Source: an uncultured archaeon
Lineage (GTDB): Archaea; Aenigmatarchaeota; Aenigmatarchaeia; QMZP01
DNA: 59,633 nucleotides
Direction of reading: 5' to 3'
NCBI GenBank assembly: GCA_964389315.1
Contig: CAYMDJ010000002.1
Location: 1-59,633, forward strand
A program made the translations under genes and the position numbers. How positions within the stretch are numbered: the first letter of the stretch is position 1; each line of letters begins with the position of its first letter. Shown here piece after piece: positions 57,001 through 59,633 of this stretch. The notes under the pieces were generated by a model. That model saw only the letters and a program-made list of their open reading frames with translations. It searched no databases and had not been told where the DNA came from.

Positions 57001-59633
57001 GGGTCCCTCCACCATGGTGCTGTTCTTTGGCGAGCCCCAGGTCCCGATGCCATATTCCTTTATGTAAAGGTATATGGTGACGTTGTCAAGGTCCTCGTCA
57101 GTGGCAGTCACGTTGAAATAGAACCTCTCCCCCCAACCTCCCGGGTCTGTCATCGGGTATGAGTCGTTGAGGACGGGCTTTGTGCTTATGAAGAAGTGGT
57201 CTGCCTGGTAGTCGCTTCCGTTATAGTAATAGTCCTTGCTGGAGTTGGAGGTGGTTGAATACCACCTTGCCGGCTTCCCTGCGGTGTCCCACTCGCATTC
57301 ATAGTAACCGAAGGTCTCGTTCGTTACAGGTGTGCAACCGAATTCCGTTCCGCTGTCATTGTTAGTCACGGAAAGGGAGACGTTCACGTCATCCCTGTAG
57401 GAATCGCAGTCATCATCCACGTATATCCTGAGGGTCACGTTCTCTATTATCCTCTCGAAATCGTCCCCTATGCTGGGTTCCTGTATGTCGTCGAACAGGG
57501 CTCCCCATATCCCTATATAGTATTCGGGCGTGACGTTGTTGTAGTAGCAGGTGTCTGTTATACGGGCGTAGAGCGTCTGGTTCCCGGGGATATAGACAGG
57601 AACGTCACACGCGGGCGCGAAGTGTATGTCAGTATAGCCAGACGAGTTGGTCGTGTTGAGCGTCCCGTAATCATACTCAGAGCCGTTGTATGTCACGTAG
57701 AGCGTAACGTTGTATCCCTGTGAAACAAGGACGTTCTTTATGGTATCAGTGACGTTGAAGGTTATCACGCCGGGAGTGCCTGAACGGACCACAGAAGCTG
57801 GTGAGGAGACATACCGGATTATGGCGCTGTCTGCCGTTATGTTCGGCCCTGATATGTTGCTGGTGTAGTTGGTGTTGGTCCCGTCCATTATCTTGAAGTG
57901 GAACAGGTTGTCGTCACCTATGTGGCTGCAGTCAAAGCTTCCAACCGTCAGGTTGCACCAGTCCCTTCCGCCTATTATGGTGGTGTTGTTCATCAGCTGG
58001 TAGGACGACCCTCCGTTGGTTGATACGTAGAGCTCGCAGGTGATGTTGTCCTGCTGGGTATCCCATATATACGTTGAGTATTCGAACACGTCCCCCCAGC
58101 CGCTCTGGTTAGGTGTCAGTCCGGTCTGGTTTATGGTAGGCGGCGTATTCACAAGGAATACCCAATCGTCCCAGACAGTGGAATTACTGTTGTACCATGC
58201 CTTGCTGGAATTCAGCCTTATGTCCCAGAACCCACCCATGTGGAAAACAGTGGCCCAGGTGTAGTTATACCACCCAGAGCCATTCACGTCCGGGGGGTAT
58301 GATTCCCAGTCACCGAGCGGCGAGCCGAACGACATGTCTACGGATACAGAATCCTGCAAATCGCTCATCCCGCAATCCGTGGTTATATTGAAGCTCGTGA
58401 ACAGAGGATCTCCCACTGCCGTCACGTTTCCTTCTTCCGGAAGGTATATCTGGTTCTTGAGCTGGCCTATTATGCTCATGTTGTAGCTGCTGCCGAAGGC
58501 AGGAGTGTAATAGCATTCGTCTTCGGACGTTATGTTGGCCCTGAACCTATGTGTGCCTGTCGTGTAGAGGGGGGTGCACACAGGGTCAAAATAGATACCC
58601 AGGTCACCGCTGGAATTTGTCTGATTGAGCGTTCCTGAATCCCAGTCATTCAGATCAGTTCCGTTGAGGTTGACGAATATGGTTCCGTTTATTCCCCCGC
58701 TTGTTATGATGCCACTGCCGTTGTCAAGATCTATGAAGTAGAATGCGAGGTATGTTGTTTCAGAACCCTCCCTGTTGACCATGGAGTTTATGCTAAAGCT
58801 CCTTGGTATCGCGGTGAGCCTGTCCTTCAGCATGTCAAAGCTTCTCGTGTCTGTCGTGGACGTGTCGCCCCACATGTCAGTCGCATTGATCTTGAAGTAG
58901 TTCGTTCCCACGTCATTGCACTCAAAGCTCATTGTCAGGTTGTACTCCTGCTCTCCACTGGGCGTTAGCGTGAGGTTCGTAACAAGTGTCCAGTTGTCTG
59001 TTGAGTTGTAGGACTTCCATAGATAGACGTCATTTGAATCACCGAGCGGAATCTCACCATCCTTCAGGGTGATGTTGAAGTTGTGGATGGAGCCCCATGC
59101 ATACGTGGGGATTGCCGAATGCCACACCGGTCCCCAGTCAAGCTGCGGAACCTCGCTCAGCCAGAAGGAATCGTTGTCCTTGTACGTTCCCGAGGAGTTG
59201 TAGTAATTCTTACTCGCGGAGACAGTGGTGTTGAAATCCCCGAGACAGAAGTCTCCCCACACGGCTGTTTCGGTTGTGCTGAAATTGCAGTTATACCAGC
59301 CACCGGTCTCGTCCTCGGTGTTACCCTGCGTGCATGAAAACGCGCACGTGACCTCGTTCTCTGCGCCGAACTGCACGGTGGCTCCTGCAACATCTCCTGC
59401 GGAACCGCTGCATTCGTCGCTGACGTACGCCCTTACAGTGATATTGTCAATCCCTCTCCTGTAATGCTCGCCGTCCGGTATGTCCATCGCTATTTCAAGC
59501 GGGTCTGTCCAGACATTGTACTCAAAATTCTCTGATATGTTGTCCTGGTAGCAGTCTGAATCAACCAGGGATGCCTTCCATTCCTGAGGGCCGGTGCTGT
59601 ATTTTGGTGAGCATCCTGGGTCAAATATACTAT
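48100..59633 (-). CDS. giant surface protein (>3,843 aa, 5' end beyond the window) with C-terminal TM helix and cytoplasmic HerA/FtsK-type (DUF87-like) P-loop ATPase domain
   Basis: The listed ORF starts at an internal Met (59487). I translated 59488-59633 in the same frame and found no stop (...SIFDPGCSPKYSTGPQEWKASLVDSDCYQDNISENFEYNVWTDPLEIA-MDIPDG...), so the gene continues past the window. More than 3,300 residues are N-x-S/T-rich beta-type modules, followed by a Cys motif, a poly-Gly/Ala linker and CARDB-like domains. The TM is at 49222-49293, followed by KEKHKKKSR. See the ATPase domain feature for its motifs. Confidence 0.9.
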   Translation of the reverse strand, partial: SIFDPGCSPKYSTGPQEWKASLVDSDCYQDNISENFEYNVWTDPLEIAMDIPDGEHYRRGIDNITVRAYVSDECSGSAGDVAGATVQFGAENEVTCAFSCTQGNTEDETGGWYNCNFSTTETAVWGDFCLGDFNTTVSASKNYYNSSGTYKDNDSFWLSEVPQLDWGPVWHSAIPTYAWGSIHNFNITLKDGEIPLGDSNDVYLWKSYNSTDNWTLVTNLTLTPSGEQEYNLTMSFECNDVGTNYFKINATDMWGDTSTTDTRSFDMLKDRLTAIPRSFSINSMVNREGSETTYLAFYFIDLDNGSGIITSGGINGTIFVNLNGTDLNDWDSGTLNQTNSSGDLGIYFDPVCTPLYTTGTHRFRANITSEDECYYTPAFGSSYNMSIIGQLKNQIYLPEEGNVTAVGDPLFTSFNITTDCGMSDLQDSVSVDMSFGSPLGDWESYPPDVNGSGWYNYTWATVFHMGGFWDIRLNSSKAWYNSNSTVWDDWVFLVNTPPTINQTGLTPNQSGWGDVFEYSTYIWDTQQDNITCELYVSTNGGSSYQLMNNTTIIGGRDWCNLTVGSFDCSHIGDDNLFHFKIMDGTNTNYTSNISGPNITADSAIIRYVSSPASVVRSGTPGVITFNVTDTIKNVLVSQGYNVTLYVTYNGSEYDYGTLNTTNSSGYTDIHFAPACDVPVYIPGNQTLYARITDTCYYNNVTPEYYIGIWGALFDDIQEPSIGDDFERIIENVTLRIYVDDDCDSYRDDVNVSLSVTNNDSGTEFGCTPVTNETFGYYECEWDTAGKPARWYSTTSNSSKDYYYNGSDYQADHFFISTKPVLNDSYPMTDPGGWGERFYFNVTATDEDLDNVTIYLYIKEYGIGTWGSPKNSTMVEGPQSQNVILSWRDEDCYNIGTWEYYLRAEDTRIPALWNETSPANFTIEKDDVEVQYYYGNGNTVWRNGTNATELALLIWDTDRNTIAGENINATFWVTKNASNSSSWDIGNPVVSNASSHIKYIFPTEAPEPDCNYSVGIQKWKGGVGGIDNDTCFSSKNSSAFDLEVQSNLKPVIWYPDGDGYEWGQPVPFAGTVEDDCSLVEGVNILYNIYKFPNQYNRTNYLPAHNTSGQWSEGGGWYNYTWLDTERSTGWYSLGMKTTKTFYGDNFTFYTDKFFLGYPPTVTSPSVYPSLGGWGETFEFYVLATDSDGNYNNITLWKRMWNQSEGNWTNWTLINQTYRNNLVGSNRNIYFYQWFSCSDMGVNQYKYHIIDQFNFSDETSPLNFTIEADNVTFQLGASNATVRREGGTAFLEFIIRDLDAERLEYPNGTDGKVWITENQTNYTVEMDCTSANSGRCSVNYPPDCDSYVGVQNWIGGTWDSCYQPLNTSARQLTVYGQLYINTTAPSTGQVLNRNVTETLNLTVGDDCGDRIDDAHAYWFNGTWVLLNDTTDGSQGWYNSTWLVPPSYGLGPATINTNATRQYYDLGNNQTSILIYGWSWVYNILPANGTEIDAGTWVTVRCYVRDNNTDQPITGYNVSFYKNGTYQDSDDTSSAGEATWDWNTGLEDPDYYNITCTIGNDVSLYYNTTANMSYRTSIIRVRRQLKIDDIDLSEGWIYRNDSYDPHETEIGVHVKDANVGNAAGANVTFWNSSGFIDFCITNSIGDCNITYNVTDTISPGNYTVYMNATKAGLEDSDTYETYLEARGVLVLNITSPENNTAHAKNETITLTVNVTDEAGSQVSTTPNWWNESGFLGNGMSIPLNLSYQATGNRTIKVNASKTYYASGEDFVTIIVSGLSIVQWKYPVNGTQLPYPINFTTMCRVIDSESLNGIPNYGVDLWYHWYSQPYQFIDNFTTNSTGYTNYTFEPTQKGNITFKCNITDAPEMEIIVNTPEAEGSLYVRDVTPPVITNVSAIPNSSLEANLNYTNITANVTDDIGVDLVWAQIELPNGSIHNHTMTNMTPTGDLYRLTYIPLIDGEHAVTVWARDLGWEYNKNYSYAGNLSVWGKSWGRVYTTYEILVNGITQTNDFDVDLVVNFTSEGPANMYDVELIAYDEPNDTIEINDTFQSCGDMAPWDNCTWDLHVRVPEGTPPMLIKLWVNATWTNPELTTNMSSNYTMLDVSSNPVVEINPSYLHNTTPHDRTTYIGTVTVISSGNDAVEDIELALVDAAGNFATECPECEITIIPSTQGFLAAGYNFTVQLTAIIPAGQDPDDYWTYLRATTSNAGIDDSMLNLTVPLNTSWWRTPTSFTQVLALLNTSGFIGNISVFNTGNRKTAFRVYKLGNGTDLVYTEPSYFDLDKQTRRNVSVYYQILTGQQQGLYYVNLLIRNTTATPNEYGTDFYLNVTDIPPNITQVNITPMIFEVGFEVVNVSAHITDNFDVSTAWINVTLPNGTILKQNMNASLKPVYNVTYNGTSGGYHNISVCANDTAGLWGCTAKVPVLGAANTPMLIEPNVTDINISDVMLYTGSSFDVNFTLSPEYARAYSVNANISVPSGWTSIPSAFSVGTIMKYNSGTGEASIFIVNGTAPGEYYVNISSNWTNLDSSEGSNLTSIIVNVLPNPVIDIVQDNLSYVIMGGNSYNNTMTIQSIGNANATNITFHCLSGTVCSEFSQTFYPVNISLMEPGNSEDVEVQVEVPLMYETGQYLGTLEANASGESTDTVVLIIMVPLNLSWSQVPSLIDVTVSHETEGTFGYIEIHNIGNAYIILDVVRSGDIYPFIGINATKLYMPIGNYETLRINYTAPFVTQLTNYSGLITTQNVSADPPTRYTTVYLRVHPYSLNITSPTETSPTINITPGQSVWVYANVTYAGLPLNDSNYLNFTLVMSNATWSQQMTFNNLTFSNTTNLWGMNITAPNISLARGYDINLTVIYTNYSLVLSDYEIKAIIYQDPFPPLISLFVPAKVPSNSTVEIITNATDTGGVKNATLTITYPDNSTQSFNMTQLYMVDDVYVFRQFFSNTSQVGVHYASTTACDYSGNCNSTNTSFEIYPAVIFQGYTRDEEKIHKPPISVNFTLFVPGTNTELFSFASNATLGGYYNETIDLRTYDIRTDFLDETATLYSVYLQDDVYNPYMFGEIPNVRLPTKSLKGVWINTSQLNYTYGTMNFTSEECYTAGTCKTSDFSLTSLGIYRCSSWILLSGCTNATGWTRLDTDVNTSSGIVTANSTTMTGAFVLAQFICGDNNCEDDYGESNANCPSDCPIIIPEPPPPAEGGGGGGAAGGAGAGAGAAAGAAAGAPQIEIDSTLIYVVLDQGDYEIHSMEIRNNRNTPITVETSVQAGSPIWDMVTIERPLITVAGGQTEQIKIKLYSMPNTAPGIYTGDIITHLVELNKTYRTPVTINVVQVPIPLLDVAIKALTKAVAPGEEFRFEVTLVNMGETATVEDIVAEYKIKNLNTDEVITTMKETVGVDQKYAFRRNITIPDDIPYDRYVIEANVSYWYGTKYAFASDSFEVTELPGLLVALRNVFMSWVTYLIMFMMIPAVYGGFYGWRWWKEKHKKKSRYIFPMDMKKLPQPGKDSFLIGRIAETDVNAYMDVRQLQTHGISAGSTGAGKTVSAMIAVEELLKRKIPIIVFDPTAQWTGFLRPCRDKKMLDLYPNFGLKPTDARRFPGRLIKITDPETSIDVRNYMTPGEITVVLIDSMDPAQLDTFVRRTISDMFKIPWPEARELKLFVVYDEVHRLLPKYGGKGGYVALERGCREFRKWGIGIWLISQVLMDFKGAIRANISNEIQMRTKYTGDIRRVKQKYGSEYASTITKLKTGTGMFQNAEFNHGKPYFIEFRPLLHDVGRLSEVEINTYVKYDTELNNIEMEIARLKSRGLDVTDIEFELKLAKDKVRQTMFTMAKTYMDSVKNRIRKIGGTVK
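48103..49200 (-). other. HerA/FtsK-superfamily ATPase domain (C-terminal, cytoplasmic) of the giant protein
   Basis: Walker A HGISAGSTGAGKT (GSTGAGKT = 49030-49053) is followed by IIVFDPTAQW. Walker B is LFVVYDEVHRLLP (48643-48681). The REFRKWGIGIWLISQ...NEIQMRT block resembles the HerA/DUF87 RKyGvgL..SQ..ir block. A C-terminal helical tail follows. Confidence 0.75.

Noticed and set aside
1-59633. Mobile-element or provirus origin of the island (integrase, transposase, terminal repeats, tRNA target)
   Set aside because: I saw no integrase, transposase, capsid or terminase-like motifs, no flanking direct repeats and no tRNA gene. The GC content of the giant genes looks similar to the housekeeping part. 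Only 27.8-28.7 kb deviates.

Overview
This is an archaeal chromosome fragment. Markers are AglB/STT3 oligosaccharyltransferase, RNA polymerase subunit Rpo11/L, Dph2, a short archaeal-type TIM, geranylgeranyl reductase, SecF-SecD, and AT-rich TATA-like boxes 20-45 nt upstream of starts. Gene packing is extreme. There are ATGA and TAGATG stop/start junctions. Convergent genes abut or overlap: 0 bp at 1071/1072 and 19405/19406, a shared CTAG at 39733-39736, and a 32-bp overlap at 33937-33968. This fits a small streamlined genome (DPANN-like or similar), but lineage is inference only. Positions 1-20.1 kb are housekeeping: ATP-grasp ligase, dph2, CorC/CNNM transporter, class II HMG-CoA reductase, phosphohexomutase, rpoL, aglB, a ~1,053-aa sequon-dense surface protein, GGR, secFD, ppsA and tpiA. 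Positions 20.1-59.6 kb, two thirds of the window, form a contiguous island with no metabolic gene. It holds two translationally coupled cytoplasmic giant coiled-coil proteins (836 + 1,711 aa), an orphan AT-rich gene, and a ~0.5-kb non-coding region with a family of covarying hairpins. It also holds a MinD/ParA ATPase, two P-loop-less KaiC/RecA-like paralogs, a bona fide KaiC-like ATPase, and a multi-TM/Cache/HAMP histidine kinase with two stand-alone receivers. Finally it holds three giant membrane-anchored, sequon-dense Ig/CARDB-like array proteins (1,349 aa with a LamG domain; 1,972 aa; >3,843 aa, cut by the window edge) and a 592-aa coiled-coil protein. The largest protein ends, behind a single TM helix, in a cytoplasmic HerA/FtsK-type (DUF87-like) P-loop ATPase. 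I treat the island as a candidate undescribed envelope-spanning adhesion/translocation apparatus. I found no rRNA, tRNA, CRISPR array, transposase or integrase. All family calls come from reading motifs by eye; no searches were run.
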